A stretch of 64,000 nucleotides of DNA, from assembly GCA_005110395.1 (NCBI GenBank), contig DUDU01000040.1, forward strand, positions 4,153-68,152. The letters are read 5' to 3'. The translations under genes were made by a program, and so were the position numbers. Within the stretch, counting starts at the first letter, position 1. Each line of letters starts with the position of its first letter. Below, piece after piece: positions 39,983 through 49,284 of this stretch. The DNA comes from Candidatus Melainabacteria bacterium. Lineage in GTDB: Bacteria; Cyanobacteriota; Vampirovibrionia; Caenarcaniphilales; Caenarcanaceae. The notes below the pieces were generated by a model. It worked only from the letters and a program-made list of their open reading frames with translations, had not been told where the DNA came from and did no database searches.

Positions 39983-40294
39983 CTACTCAACTTTTGCCAA
40001 CACATCAGTGGCTCTGAGAATTAAATATTCATTGCCATCTAGCTTGATTTCAGTACCACTGTATTTAGGGTAAAGAATTTTTTCGCCAACTTTAATATCC
40101 ACTGGAATAAGATTACCTTTGTCGTCTCTCTTACCAGGGCCAACAGCTATAACAAGTGCCTGTTGAGGTTTTTCTTTTGCGCTATCGGGAATAAGTATGC
40201 CACCAGAGGTCTTTTCTTCTGGTTCATGCTTTTCAACTACGATGCGGTCTTCAACTGGAACTAGTTTTGTTTTTGCTTTAGTTTCAGTGGGCAT
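39983..40294 (-). CDS. groES: co-chaperonin GroES (Cpn10)
   Basis: LVPVEDRIVVEKHEPEEKTSGGILIPDSAKEKPQ...VIAVGPG...YSGTEIKLDGNEYLIL. Start placed at MPTETK (ATG at 40294), which has an aaaggag RBS about 12 nt upstream. Confidence 0.92.
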   Translation of the reverse strand: MPTETKAKTKLVPVEDRIVVEKHEPEEKTSGGILIPDSAKEKPQQALVIAVGPGKRDDKGNLIPVDIKVGEKILYPKYSGTEIKLDGNEYLILRATDVLAKVE

Positions 40295-40386
40295 TTTTGT
40301 GAGCACTCCTTTCAAATAAAAATCTGAAATATTACGAAACGTATTTGTGGATCAGTTGCAAATTATAACGCTAGTATCCAGTTTCA

Positions 40387-40416
40387 AATATAAAAACTTT
40401 TCTAAAGCTTTTTCAA
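40387..40416 (-). promoter_or_regulatory. candidate sigma-70-type promoter for groES-groEL
   Basis: The minus strand reads TTGAAA-N18-TATATT about 95 nt upstream of the groES start. No CIRCE inverted repeat accompanies it. Confidence 0.25.
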
Positions 40417-40628
40417 GGGGGATGATTCAAATTTTATATTTGCTTAAAATTTGCTTTGACTTACAGTTCAAGTTCTGATATGAGCAGACAATGACTTCTC
40501 TCAGAGGTAAAAGACAATTAATTAGTGCTTAAATGTTGGAGCTTTGAGATTCATAATTACTTTCAATAACAATGGTTTGAGTTGTATTTTCTGAAAGACT
40601 TGATCGGGTCAATAAAAGATGGATCAAT

Positions 40629-40667
40629 AAAACAAAAAAGCCCATCCTAAATTAACAGGAAGGACTT
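40629..40667 (-). terminator. rho-independent terminator downstream of the small lipoprotein gene
   Basis: The minus-strand RNA reads aaguccuucc-uguuaauuua-ggaugggcuu followed by uuuuuguuuu. 9 of 10 stem positions pair, including one G-U. Confidence 0.55.
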
Positions 40668-40748
40668 TATTGAAGAGGTGATTGAGCTTTAACTCTTAAC
40701 TAAAAATTCAACAAATGAAGAATTAATTAAAAATCAAAACTTTAGAAA

Positions 40749-41009
40749 CTACATGGCTTTCTTTTCGGTTGAAGAAGTTGTTGTAGTTGTTTCAGTGGTT
40801 TTAGTTGCATCGGCAACTGGAGCTGCACCTTCAACTGCTGGAGCTGCACCTTCAACTACTGGAGCTTCTTCGGTAGTTGGTTCGGTTGTTGTAGTAGCTT
40901 CTTCTACTGTAGTTGTTTCTTCAGTAGTTTTTTTTTGTTCTGCAGGTGTACAGCCAACTAATACAGCTGTAAGAGGCAAGCAGAGAGCTAAATATTTAAT
41001 CCAATTCAT
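40749..41009 (-). CDS. small lipoprotein with a T/E/A-rich low-complexity body
   Basis: Signal peptide with lipobox (LTAVLVGC). An internal 21-bp tandem repeat (ggagctgcaccttcaactgct, about 2.5 copies at 40819-40868) encodes the repeated EGAAP(V/A)V units of VVEGAAPAVEGAAPV. Confidence 0.6.
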   Translation of the reverse strand: MNWIKYLALCLPLTAVLVGCTPAEQKKTTEETTTVEEATTTTEPTTEEAPVVEGAAPAVEGAAPVADATKTTETTTTTSSTEKKAM

Positions 41010-41258
41010 TTTAATAAAGTTTATTCCTAAATTAGGGTTTAATCTGACATAAATTACTCATGTCTAGAACAGAACTGAGTATAGCTAAACTTATTTTTTT
41101 TGCAAGCCTTTTGCAACAATTTACGGATTAAAATTAATTAGGCAGAATTCAAAAGATAGCTCCAAGGAAGACAAACCAAGCCTACAAAGCAAGGGTTAAA
41201 ACTACTAAAAACTATTTTACGAATCACAACAAAAACAAATTCTATTACCGAAAGACTA

Positions 41259-42284
41259 ATGACAACTTATTCACAAGCAGGCGTAAATTTAGAAGCAGCA
41301 AATGACTTTGTTCAAGGAATAAAAAAAATTGCCTCGCCAACTAATAATTCCCAGGTGATTAATGGAATTGGTGGATTTGCTGGATTATTTAGAATTCCAA
41401 AGGGTTATGAAAATCCAGTTCTAGTTGCTTGTACAGATGGAGTGGGCACTAAACTGAAAATTGCTTATGAATCAGGAAAGCTTGAAGGAATAGGCCAAGA
41501 TTTAGTTGCGATGTGCGTCAATGATTTGCTTTGTACGGGAGCCAAGCCGCTTTTCTTTCTCGACTATTTGGCAACGGGGAAGTTAGATTCAACTCAGGCT
41601 CTGATTATTGCAAATTCAATTGCTCAGGCATGTTTGGAATCGGGTTCAGTTTTGCTTGGTGGAGAAACAGCTGAATTGCCAGGAATGCTCCCACCAAAAG
41701 GCTATGAATTGGCAGGATTTAGCGTCGGAATAGTTGAAGAAAATAAAATTCTCAATCCTGATTGTACTGAAGAAGGTGATTTGCTCATTGGAATTCCATC
41801 ATCAGGAGTGCATAGCAATGGATATAGCCTAATTCACTCTATTATTCAAAAAAGTAATTTGGATTTGCAAAAAACTTATTCAGGATTTTCAAGACCACTG
41901 GTAGATGAACTTCTAGAACCTACCAAAATTTACACCAAAACAATTCAACCAATTCTAGACAAAGTGAAAGCCATTGCTCACATTACTGGTGGTGGCCTTC
42001 CAGAGAATTTACCTAGAGCCTTGAATAAATCACTAAAAGCCAAAATCAAATTGAATTCTTGGACAATTCCGCAAATATTCAATTTCATTCAAGAACAAGG
42101 TTCAGTGGAGGAATCTGAGATGTTTAAAGTTTTTAATATGGGAATTGGCTTGGTTCTCATTGTAAGTCCAGTTGAAATTCAAGCTGTCAGAAATTATCTG
42201 AATGAAGCAAATCAAGAGTTTTACGAATTAGGCTATTTAGAAAAGAAAAATAATTTAGATGAATCTTCAGTTGATTTAGTCTAG
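41259..42284 (+). CDS. purM: phosphoribosylformylglycinamidine cyclo-ligase (AIR synthase)
   Basis: YSQAGVNLEAAN, GGFAGLF, DGVGTKLKIA, DLVAMCVNDL, GGETAELPG and AHITGGGL. Confidence 0.92.
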   Translation: MTTYSQAGVNLEAANDFVQGIKKIASPTNNSQVINGIGGFAGLFRIPKGYENPVLVACTDGVGTKLKIAYESGKLEGIGQDLVAMCVNDLLCTGAKPLFFLDYLATGKLDSTQALIIANSIAQACLESGSVLLGGETAELPGMLPPKGYELAGFSVGIVEENKILNPDCTEEGDLLIGIPSSGVHSNGYSLIHSIIQKSNLDLQKTYSGFSRPLVDELLEPTKIYTKTIQPILDKVKAIAHITGGGLPENLPRALNKSLKAKIKLNSWTIPQIFNFIQEQGSVEESEMFKVFNMGIGLVLIVSPVEIQAVRNYLNEANQEFYELGYLEKKNNLDESSVDLV

Positions 42285-42366
42285 TTTCATTGAAAGGACT
42301 GGCTGAAACACCTGAAAATAAGTGTATTGGAAAGCCAAGTCGAAAATTAAGTTTTAAAAGAACTAA

Positions 42367-43107
42367 TTGATAAAAAAGCAGAAAAAATATAAATCAATTG
42401 TCATATTGACTGGAGCTGGAATCTCAGCTGAGTCTGGACTAAAAACGTTTCGAGATTCTGATGGTCTTTGGGAAAATCATCGAATCGAAGATGTTGCTAC
42501 CCCTGAAGGCTTTTCACGAAATCCAGAATTGGTTTATGAATTTTATAATCAACGACGAAGTCAAATACTGAATGATGGAGTGAAACCAAATAAAGCTCAT
42601 CTTGCATTGGCTGAATTAGAAAAACAATTCAGGGGTAAGTTTATGCTGATTACACAAAATGTCGACAATCTTCATGAAAGGGCAGGAAGTCAAAATATTA
42701 TTCATATGCATGGTGAGCTGCTCAAAGTACGCTGCAAATATACTGAGAGCGTTTACAAATGGGAACAAAATTTAAACAAAATGAATAAATGCAATTGTTG
42801 CGGGTTAGAAGATTCTTTGAGGCCTCATATTGTTTGGTTTGGCGAAATACCTCTTCAAATGGCTGAAATTTCTTTAGCTTTAAAACAAGCAGATTTATTT
42901 ATCTCAATTGGCACTTCTGGTCAAGTTTACCCAGCTGCTGGTTTTGTGAGAGAAGCCAGATTCTCTGGAGCTCATACAGTTGAATTGAATTTAGAACCAT
43001 CAAAAACACAATCACACTTCGCAGAGCATCATCATGGAATGGCTTCTGAAACGGTGCCTTCCTATATTGCTTCACTTCTAGCTTTGTTAGAGATAAATAG
43101 CTTATAA
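42367..43107 (+). CDS. cobB: NAD-dependent protein deacylase, Sir2/CobB family
   Basis: [41 protein letters not shown], the zinc ribbon C..C...C-x-C-C, and [13 protein letters not shown] start in the track. Confidence 0.85.
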   Translation: MIKKQKKYKSIVILTGAGISAESGLKTFRDSDGLWENHRIEDVATPEGFSRNPELVYEFYNQRRSQILNDGVKPNKAHLALAELEKQFRGKFMLITQNVDNLHERAGSQNIIHMHGELLKVRCKYTESVYKWEQNLNKMNKCNCCGLEDSLRPHIVWFGEIPLQMAEISLALKQADLFISIGTSGQVYPAAGFVREARFSGAHTVELNLEPSKTQSHFAEHHHGMASETVPSYIASLLALLEINSL

Positions 43108-43203
43108 ACTTGATCCTTATTAATTGGAATTTTGTTCAGTATTTGTAAGTTCTTAAAAACTACAAGATTAGTTTGTAAAATATTGTGAAAGAATACAATC
43201 ATA

Positions 43204-44073
43204 TTGATTCAATCTACGATCTGGAGAATTATTAGAGTGAAAAACTTCCTTTCACAGGTTCAAAAAAAACTGCAAACTTTATTTAAAGTAAAAGCAAATC
43301 AAGTTAGTCTCAATCAATGTTCAATAGTTCTTATACTTGGTTTGGTTTTAATCCCAGCATTCTCTTTGGCTGCATATAGTGCAAATCCTTTTTTGAAAAC
43401 GCAAGAAATGCAGATCATCAAAGGTAGTGTTGATACCGAAAATTCCAAAGCTATTATGATTGTGCTTGATTCTTCAGGTAGTATGGCTGAACCAGCTCCT
43501 GGATCTAATACTAAAATGTTAGCAGCTAAGCAAGTCTTGGAGCAGGTTTTATCAAAGATTGACACCAGTATTCCAGTTGGATTGAGAGTTTATGGTAGTT
43601 CCAAAAATCCAATGAGTGAAATGGAAGCATGCAGCGATAGTGTTTTATTAGTCCCACCTGGAACTGGAAATAGAGCACAAATGGTAAACAAGCTCCGAGA
43701 GCTCAAGCCCAATGGTGCAACGCCAATTAGTTATGCTATTCAGCAAGCTGTAAATGATTTGAAATTTGTGAATGTAAAGTATAAAAATATTGTTTTAATT
43801 AGCGATGGAATGGAAACCTGCGGAAGAGATCCATGTGCTTTGGCTGAAGCTCTCAAAGCCAATAATATTGATATGCAATTCAATGTAGTCGGTTTTGGTG
43901 TTGGTAATGATTGGCAGGCAAAGGCTCAGCTCAAGTGCGTAGCAGCAGCAACCAGTGGGAAATATTATGATGCTGATAGTGCTGGTCAATTATCAAACAG
44001 CATACTTGATGGAATAAATTCAACTGCTAATGTTTCTTCTTCTACAGGAAAAATTAAAGAAGTAGAGAAATAA
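43204..44073 (+). CDS. von Willebrand factor A (vWA) domain protein with an N-terminal signal/anchor
   Basis: MIDAS motif IMIVLDSSGSM, GATPISYAI and IVLISDGMETCG. Hydrophobic N-terminal segment IVLILGLVLIPAFSLAAYSA. The start codon is uncertain (TTG at 43204 or GTG at 43237). Confidence 0.75.
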   Translation: MIQSTIWRIIRVKNFLSQVQKKLQTLFKVKANQVSLNQCSIVLILGLVLIPAFSLAAYSANPFLKTQEMQIIKGSVDTENSKAIMIVLDSSGSMAEPAPGSNTKMLAAKQVLEQVLSKIDTSIPVGLRVYGSSKNPMSEMEACSDSVLLVPPGTGNRAQMVNKLRELKPNGATPISYAIQQAVNDLKFVNVKYKNIVLISDGMETCGRDPCALAEALKANNIDMQFNVVGFGVGNDWQAKAQLKCVAAATSGKYYDADSAGQLSNSILDGINSTANVSSSTGKIKEVEK

Positions 44074-44269
44074 CTAAAAAGTCCGAAGTCGTAAATATAA
44101 TTGTTTGTGGTTTTGTCACATTCAATCTATTGACAAAACTATAAAATGCAAATTTCACACTTGATTTAGGGGTTCAAGCAAGATAACAAATCTCCATAAT
44201 ACTCAAACAGTTAAGGAATATGGAAAATCCCCAGAGAAGCTTACTTAAAGAATTGAGATATAGAGTTTG

Positions 44270-44306
44270 CAATCAAGCTCCCAGAGAATTAGATGGAGCT
44301 TGATTG
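44270..44306. repeat. perfect 12-bp inverted repeat (13-nt loop) in a noncoding gap
   Basis: caatcaagctcc (44270-44281) and ggagcttgattg (44295-44306) are exact reverse complements. Confidence 0.8.
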
Positions 44307-44512
44307 CTCATGTTAATAGAGATTGGTTAAATAGTTTAGTTCTGGAAATAGATAGCTTACTTGTTAGGGCAAAAGAATCATTGGCGCATTTGCGTAGTAC
44401 GATCAAACCATGATGCAAGAATCTCCCTGTCAATGGGAGAAAGAAAAATCTATTAAATTAAGGACAGAGCCCAAAAGGTTTAATGTTATTTTTGAAGAAT
44501 ATCTGAAATAGA

Positions 44513-45274
44513 CTAATACTTGTTATTAATTTCTTCTTGCAAAAATTCAATAAGTGATTTTTCTAAAAGTACTCGATAGAGAGTTGTATTGTAAATAACA
44601 CCGTCTTTATCAAGTATCAAACCAATTTTTTTTGAATTGCTCTCAAGTAATAATTTTTCCAATTCAATCCATTCAGTGATATCAATTAACCCCTGCTCAG
44701 TCCAGCTTTCAGCTTTGTCATTCAGATTTAATTTGTGAGTAATAGATTTATCTGGTCTGATTTTGTGAATGAATTTGAGATTTTTATATGCATTGAATAG
44801 CTTTTTGTGAGCATTCAAAACATTGTTTATTCGGTCATCAATTACGCATATCAAATCGCAGCCTTGATTTTCAAAATCTTCTACTACGGAACTAAGTAAA
44901 TCGAGTTTTTCTAAAGAGGCATAAATGGAAGGACTGCCAATGTTTTTATTGTGAATATGTTCTTGAAAAATTGAGGCCTTTTGGCTTTGCAGAAAAAGAT
45001 TCCCCTGAGTCCATGAAGCAATTAAAATCGATTTGCTATTTTCTTCTAAGCTAGCTATTAATTGCTGCAATTCATCTATTACACCTGGATAAAAGCAGGT
45101 CTTTAGAATTTCTGAGTCGCTGAGATGCTCGATAAATTTGATTTTGAATTTTTCTATATCCCCTAAGCCTAGTTCTAAACAAAGATGCTCAGCCATTTGA
45201 TCTACATCAGGGATTTGCGAATTGAGATCAGCAACTGAATAGAGAGTATTATGAACAAGTTCTTCTAATTTCAT
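44513..45274 (-). CDS. hypothetical protein with HAD-like motifs in a non-canonical order
   Basis: 253-aa ORF. YPGVIDELQQL, ILIASWTQG and ICVIDDRINNV resemble HAD motifs II-IV. A DxDG-type motif I (IGLILDKDGVIYN) appears only near the C-terminus. Confidence 0.5.
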   Translation of the reverse strand: MKLEELVHNTLYSVADLNSQIPDVDQMAEHLCLELGLGDIEKFKIKFIEHLSDSEILKTCFYPGVIDELQQLIASLEENSKSILIASWTQGNLFLQSQKASIFQEHIHNKNIGSPSIYASLEKLDLLSSVVEDFENQGCDLICVIDDRINNVLNAHKKLFNAYKNLKFIHKIRPDKSITHKLNLNDKAESWTEQGLIDITEWIELEKLLLESNSKKIGLILDKDGVIYNTTLYRVLLEKSLIEFLQEEINNKY

Positions 45275-45516
45275 CGAAAAATTATCCTAAAGGAATCATG
45301 AGATTGGTTAGTAAATTTAACCCAGTGTTGAGATTTTTGAGCTTACTTTCACTTATTAAAAATCTGTTTTGATAAAAAGATAAGGCTCATCTGGGAAACG
45401 AGTGAAAATGGAAATAAATTTAGCTTGGAATCGGGAGCCTAATTATTTAAACAATCTTTCATACAAATACAGAGAAGTTTTTTACTCTTTCTTTTGGACT
45501 TAGCTTGAAGAAAGCT

Positions 45517-46176
45517 TCATTCTTGCATTCTCACCTCATTAGCAAGCTCATTTGCTTCAGCCTTTGTTGAGTTGACTACCCATTGAACAAAGTCTTGATC
45601 TATGTAATAAATATCTCCGTTTGATCTAATGAAATTAGTTGGATTTATATCTGGTGCAAATCCTATGCTTTTACACAAATTAATAAATTCTTCTTTTTCG
45701 TTATCAGTTATGCCATTAATCTCAGTTTGAGAAATAAATTCTCTAGCTAAATAAGTTAATCCGTTTTTTTTATAAGTTCTAAATTTTGGAAAAAATGGTT
45801 TTGAAGAATTGATTAAATTTAAGTTCGATATCACTTTATTTACAGATGGTGAATCTTGGATTTCTTCTAAGAGGTAAAACTTATCATCGATTTTAACTGC
45901 TTGTTTTGCTCTTCTATAATCTATACAAAATATGTAACTACCATCATCATGAGTTATAACAAAATGAGGCGAGGATTGATGTGAGTTTAAATATTTATTA
46001 AGAGCTTCTTGATATAGTTCCAAGTCTTGTTTATTCGGTTCATTGGTTGTTAATCCATAATTCGCCATCCTTAAGAAATTAATAACACTATTTATTCTTT
46101 GAACTTTTTCATCAGACAAATTGAAAAAAGGCCAAAAAGCTTTCTCCTTTATTACTGACTCAAAGTGAAATTTCAT
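45517..46176 (-). CDS. hypothetical protein with a protein-kinase-like catalytic-loop pattern
   Basis: 219-aa ORF starting 4 nt after the stop of the upstream gene. FAPDINPTNFIRSNGDIYYIDQDF resembles the D-x4-N catalytic loop plus a DFG-like metal-binding motif. AVKIDD...LLEEI is a possible VAIK/alphaC pair. Confidence 0.5.
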   Translation of the reverse strand: MKFHFESVIKEKAFWPFFNLSDEKVQRINSVINFLRMANYGLTTNEPNKQDLELYQEALNKYLNSHQSSPHFVITHDDGSYIFCIDYRRAKQAVKIDDKFYLLEEIQDSPSVNKVISNLNLINSSKPFFPKFRTYKKNGLTYLAREFISQTEINGITDNEKEEFINLCKSIGFAPDINPTNFIRSNGDIYYIDQDFVQWVVNSTKAEANELANEVRMQE

Positions 46177-46180
46177 TTGG

Positions 46181-46981
46181 TCAGGATATTTTGTTTGGTT
46201 TTTTTATTCTTTTAATGCCATATTCATCATTTATGACTCCATCTAATTCATCATCACCCCCAAGTCTCACTCCACTGGCTAATTCCTTGGCTTCGCTCAG
46301 AGTAATTGACTCTACTTCTACTTTTCCATCAACTTGTTTGGTGAATATAAATCCATTTGTTCCATTCTTGCCTTTACAACCTAATACACAGATACTCTCT
46401 CCTATTTCCAAATTACTCGCAAATTTCTCTCCGACTAAATCAAGATTTCCCAATTTACTCAACTTTTCTATTTTCTGAGCCTCTGTTAGCTTTCCTGAAG
46501 TGATAATTCTCTCAGCCGTTTCACTGAACCCATTAATTCTCCATACTCCATTCCCATCATCAGCATGAGCTGCTATTACTTGCTTAACATTGTATTTTTC
46601 CAATATTGAATTATTTATATTCAAGCTCTGCCCAATTTCAGTCGCTTCTTTAGATGAAACATTACCTGCAAATTTCACCTTAATCCCTTTGCTTCTCGAC
46701 TCATCTGAAGATAAAAGTTGATTTTGTTTATCAATTAAGTCATTCAATTCTTGAACTAATTTCTCTCTGGCTTCTAGTCCTTTGTTGTAATCAAAATTCC
46801 TCAATTCTTCTTTAGTCTGTTCAATTTTCGTAGCTATTGCGCTCTTTGAATCAGTGACATCATTCTCTTTAGTTCTATTCTGGGTATTAACAAGGGATCG
46901 AGATATTGGTTTTACCGTTGTCGGAATTGTATCTCCCACAGAAGGTAGTCTTAGAGACGATGACATACTCAAACTACCCAC
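46181..46981 (-). CDS. hypothetical protein; the start is uncertain because the frame stays open up to the TAA at 47150-47152
   Basis: 266-aa track ORF with a GTG start. The same frame has no stop between 47149 and 46181. No family recognised. Confidence 0.5.
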   Translation of the reverse strand: MGSLSMSSSLRLPSVGDTIPTTVKPISRSLVNTQNRTKENDVTDSKSAIATKIEQTKEELRNFDYNKGLEAREKLVQELNDLIDKQNQLLSSDESRSKGIKVKFAGNVSSKEATEIGQSLNINNSILEKYNVKQVIAAHADDGNGVWRINGFSETAERIITSGKLTEAQKIEKLSKLGNLDLVGEKFASNLEIGESICVLGCKGKNGTNGFIFTKQVDGKVEVESITLSEAKELASGVRLGGDDELDGVINDEYGIKRIKKPNKIS

Positions 46982-47149
46982 TGGTACTGTATATTTGCCA
47001 GCAAATTCATTTGGTGAACTTTGAGAAAAAGTATCTATTGTGATTGTTTTTGGAGTTTGATCTGATTTAGCGCTTGTTGTAGAGGTGATTTTTACATTTG
47101 GCGTTCTTGTTCTTGATCCTTCTAATGGATCTTCATCCCTTAAACTTAT

Positions 47150-47386
47150 TTATTGCTGAGGTATTTGTGGATTTGTTTTACCCGTGACTTCCCCTGCAAT
47201 TTGCCCAACTTGCTGCCATAGAGAAGATAATTCAACAAAATCGCCTCCAGTATTTCTTTCAAATCTATCAGAAGGTGAAATTCCAGCTTTTACTGTAGTT
47301 TCTTCTCTAGCACCAACTCTTTTTTGAGAAGGCTGAAAACCAAAACCTGAAAAAGCATTACTTAACCAATGAATTTCCGAATTCAT
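47150..47386 (-). CDS. hypothetical 78-aa ORF in frame with the downstream 46181..47149 reading frame
   Basis: ATG at 47386. The ORF ends at a single TAA, and the downstream 323 codons continue in the same frame. Confidence 0.4.
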   Translation of the reverse strand: MNSEIHWLSNAFSGFGFQPSQKRVGAREETTVKAGISPSDRFERNTGGDFVELSSLWQQVGQIAGEVTGKTNPQIPQQ

Positions 47387-47539
47387 AATTTATCGCACCC
47401 TCCTTCCCTGTTAATTCGTAACCAAAATCCCCCATATTTAAGTGCAAGGTGATATTTTGGGTAAATTCAACAAAACATGAGTAGGAATTAATCTTTCCCG
47501 CAATAGCTAATTGAAACCTAAGGTAGTTCTAAAACTTCC

Positions 47540-47603
47540 TTAACCTCCCTACAGAAAATCTTGAAACACTCTTTTGAAGACTGCTTCAGGGGTTGGGGGG
47601 TGA
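47540..47603. repeat. partial or degenerate copy of the GC-rich miniature repeat (copy C)
   Basis: tcaggggttggggggt (47586-47601) nearly matches tcagggggttggggggt in copy B. The left side, ttaacctccc, resembles the ttaaccccc left end. Confidence 0.4.
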
Positions 47604-47616
47604 GAAATTTCAACAA

Positions 47617-48747
47617 TTATCTTTGAATAATATTGTATAAAGTATCTCTTTCTACAGGCTCATATCCTGCATCTCTGATTAGTTTTTGCAAAATCTCAGA
47701 TTGAGTACCTTTTTTCTCGGCTCCTGCTGCATTGGTAATCTTTTCATCAACTACAGTTCCATCAACATCATCTGCACCGAAATGAAGAGCAATTTGCGCA
47801 ATCTTTTGACCAAGCTGAATCCAATAAGCTTTTACGTGATCGAAGTTATCAAGCATTAAACGACTAATTGCAATGTTTTTAATCTGATCCATTCCCGTGA
47901 TTGGTTCAACTAAATTGGCAATATCAGTTTCTTCATAGTGACAACTAAGCGGAATAAAAGTCTGAAAACCAGCATTATTGTTTTGATGACTTTTGTCCTG
48001 TTGATCACGCAATAAAAGCATATGGTCTAGTCTATCTGCCTGGTTTTCCCCAATACCAGCGAGCATTGTTGCATTTGAGCGAAGACCTAATGAGTGAGCA
48101 ATTCCATGAATTTCAAGCCATTCTTCCGCCGCAATTTTGTCTGGGCAGGTTTCATCTCGAACTGATTTAGCAAAAATCTCGGCACCGCCACCAGGCATGG
48201 AATCAAGACCTGCATCTTTGAGGGTTTTGAGTACTTGCATATAATCAAGCTTGGTGAGTTTAGCAAAAAAAGCAATTTCAACCGCTGTGAAAGCCTTGAT
48301 GTGCAGAGCAGGAACTTCTTTCTTTATTGATTTGAGCAGTTCAGAATAATATGGTAAAGCCGCTTTGGGATTGAGGCCACCAACTATATGAACTTCTGTG
48401 GCTCCAAGCTTGTATCCATTTATGGCTCTCTCAGTGGCTTCTTCAATGCTCATAGTGTAAGCGCCTTCTTCTTTGGGCTTACGAGCAAATGCACAAAAAC
48501 TACAATTGGCTATGCATATATTAGTTGGATTGAGATGAAGATTAGTATTCCACCAAACAAAATTTTCGTTGCCAGGCTTAGCTTTGCGGCGGCGGACTAA
48601 GGTAGCTAAGCTAGCAATTAAAGGTATGTCATTTGAGGCAAAAAGCACTAAACCATCTTCTCTAGTGAGCCTGATATTAGATTCAACTTTTTCTTTGATG
48701 CCTTCTAATGATATTTTTGAAGCGGTCTTTTCAGTTATTGGAGGCAT
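47617..48747 (-). CDS. mqnE: radical SAM enzyme of the futalosine (menaquinone) pathway, MqnE-like aminodeoxyfutalosine synthase
   Basis: NLHLNPTNICIANCSFCAFARKPKEEGAYTMSIEE (CxxxCxxC cluster in the MqnE/MqnC/CofH context) and GATEVHIVGGLNP. Start moved to MPPITEK (ATG at 48747). MqnE versus MqnC cannot be settled without a search. Confidence 0.65.
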   Translation of the reverse strand: MPPITEKTASKISLEGIKEKVESNIRLTREDGLVLFASNDIPLIASLATLVRRRKAKPGNENFVWWNTNLHLNPTNICIANCSFCAFARKPKEEGAYTMSIEEATERAINGYKLGATEVHIVGGLNPKAALPYYSELLKSIKKEVPALHIKAFTAVEIAFFAKLTKLDYMQVLKTLKDAGLDSMPGGGAEIFAKSVRDETCPDKIAAEEWLEIHGIAHSLGLRSNATMLAGIGENQADRLDHMLLLRDQQDKSHQNNNAGFQTFIPLSCHYEETDIANLVEPITGMDQIKNIAISRLMLDNFDHVKAYWIQLGQKIAQIALHFGADDVDGTVVDEKITNAAGAEKKGTQSEILQKLIRDAGYEPVERDTLYNIIQR

Positions 48748-48966
48748 TAACTTGTGAGTTTTCGAAAGCTTGTAACTTCTAAAATTATAAGTTAGTTTTT
48801 TGTGATTGCTGCCATTAGCTCTCAATTCTTGATAGGGAAATCCATTTAAGAAATTTACTTGGTGATTTTTTTTGCGACAAATTGGCACAAATCATAGCTT
48901 CAAGCACCGTGAGGAATCACAAAAGCAAGGGGAGGCAGAATTGAGACAACAATATAATGGAGAAAA

Positions 48967-49284
48967 TTAATTATTGCGTTCAAAAGTTGAAACTATTTCC
49001 GTGCCATCTGGTTTCTTAATGGTCATACGGCAAAGCTTTTCGGATAAATTTTCTGTTTTTACTGACCAGCCCATTGGAAAATATTCTTCAGCTGTTTGAT
49101 TTACATCATTTGATTTATTTGCCTTTTTTGAAAATAAATTTAAAAGATTCTTTATTGATGAATTTTGAACTAATTTAAAATGTTTAGAATCTAAGAACTT
49201 TGAATTAGAGCTTAGCTGAGAAGTTAATTTTGAACTTAACTGTGAATTGAAACTTGAATTTGAATTGTTTAATAAGTTGCTCAT
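48967..49284 (-). CDS. hypothetical S/N-rich small protein
   Basis: 105-aa ORF with a low-complexity N-terminal half. No motif recognised. Confidence 0.35.
   Translation of the reverse strand: MSNLLNNSNSSFNSQLSSKLTSQLSSNSKFLDSKHFKLVQNSSIKNLLNLFSKKANKSNDVNQTAEEYFPMGWSVKTENLSEKLCRMTIKKPDGTEIVSTFERNN

Noticed and set aside
40296-40560. CIRCE (HrcA operator, TTAGCACTC-N9-GAGTGCTAA) upstream of groES.
   Set aside because: Only isolated half-site-like strings are present: gagtgctca overlapping the RBS region, and aagcactaa around 40525-40535 on the minus strand. There is no properly spaced inverted repeat.
47150-47152. An alternative genetic code (stop reassignment) as the explanation for the in-frame TAA.
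   Set aside because: TAA, TAG and TGA each terminate well-conserved genes at the expected family length elsewhere in the window, for example TAA for ispD and groES-type ends and TGA for ald and the GT gene. The standard code fits.
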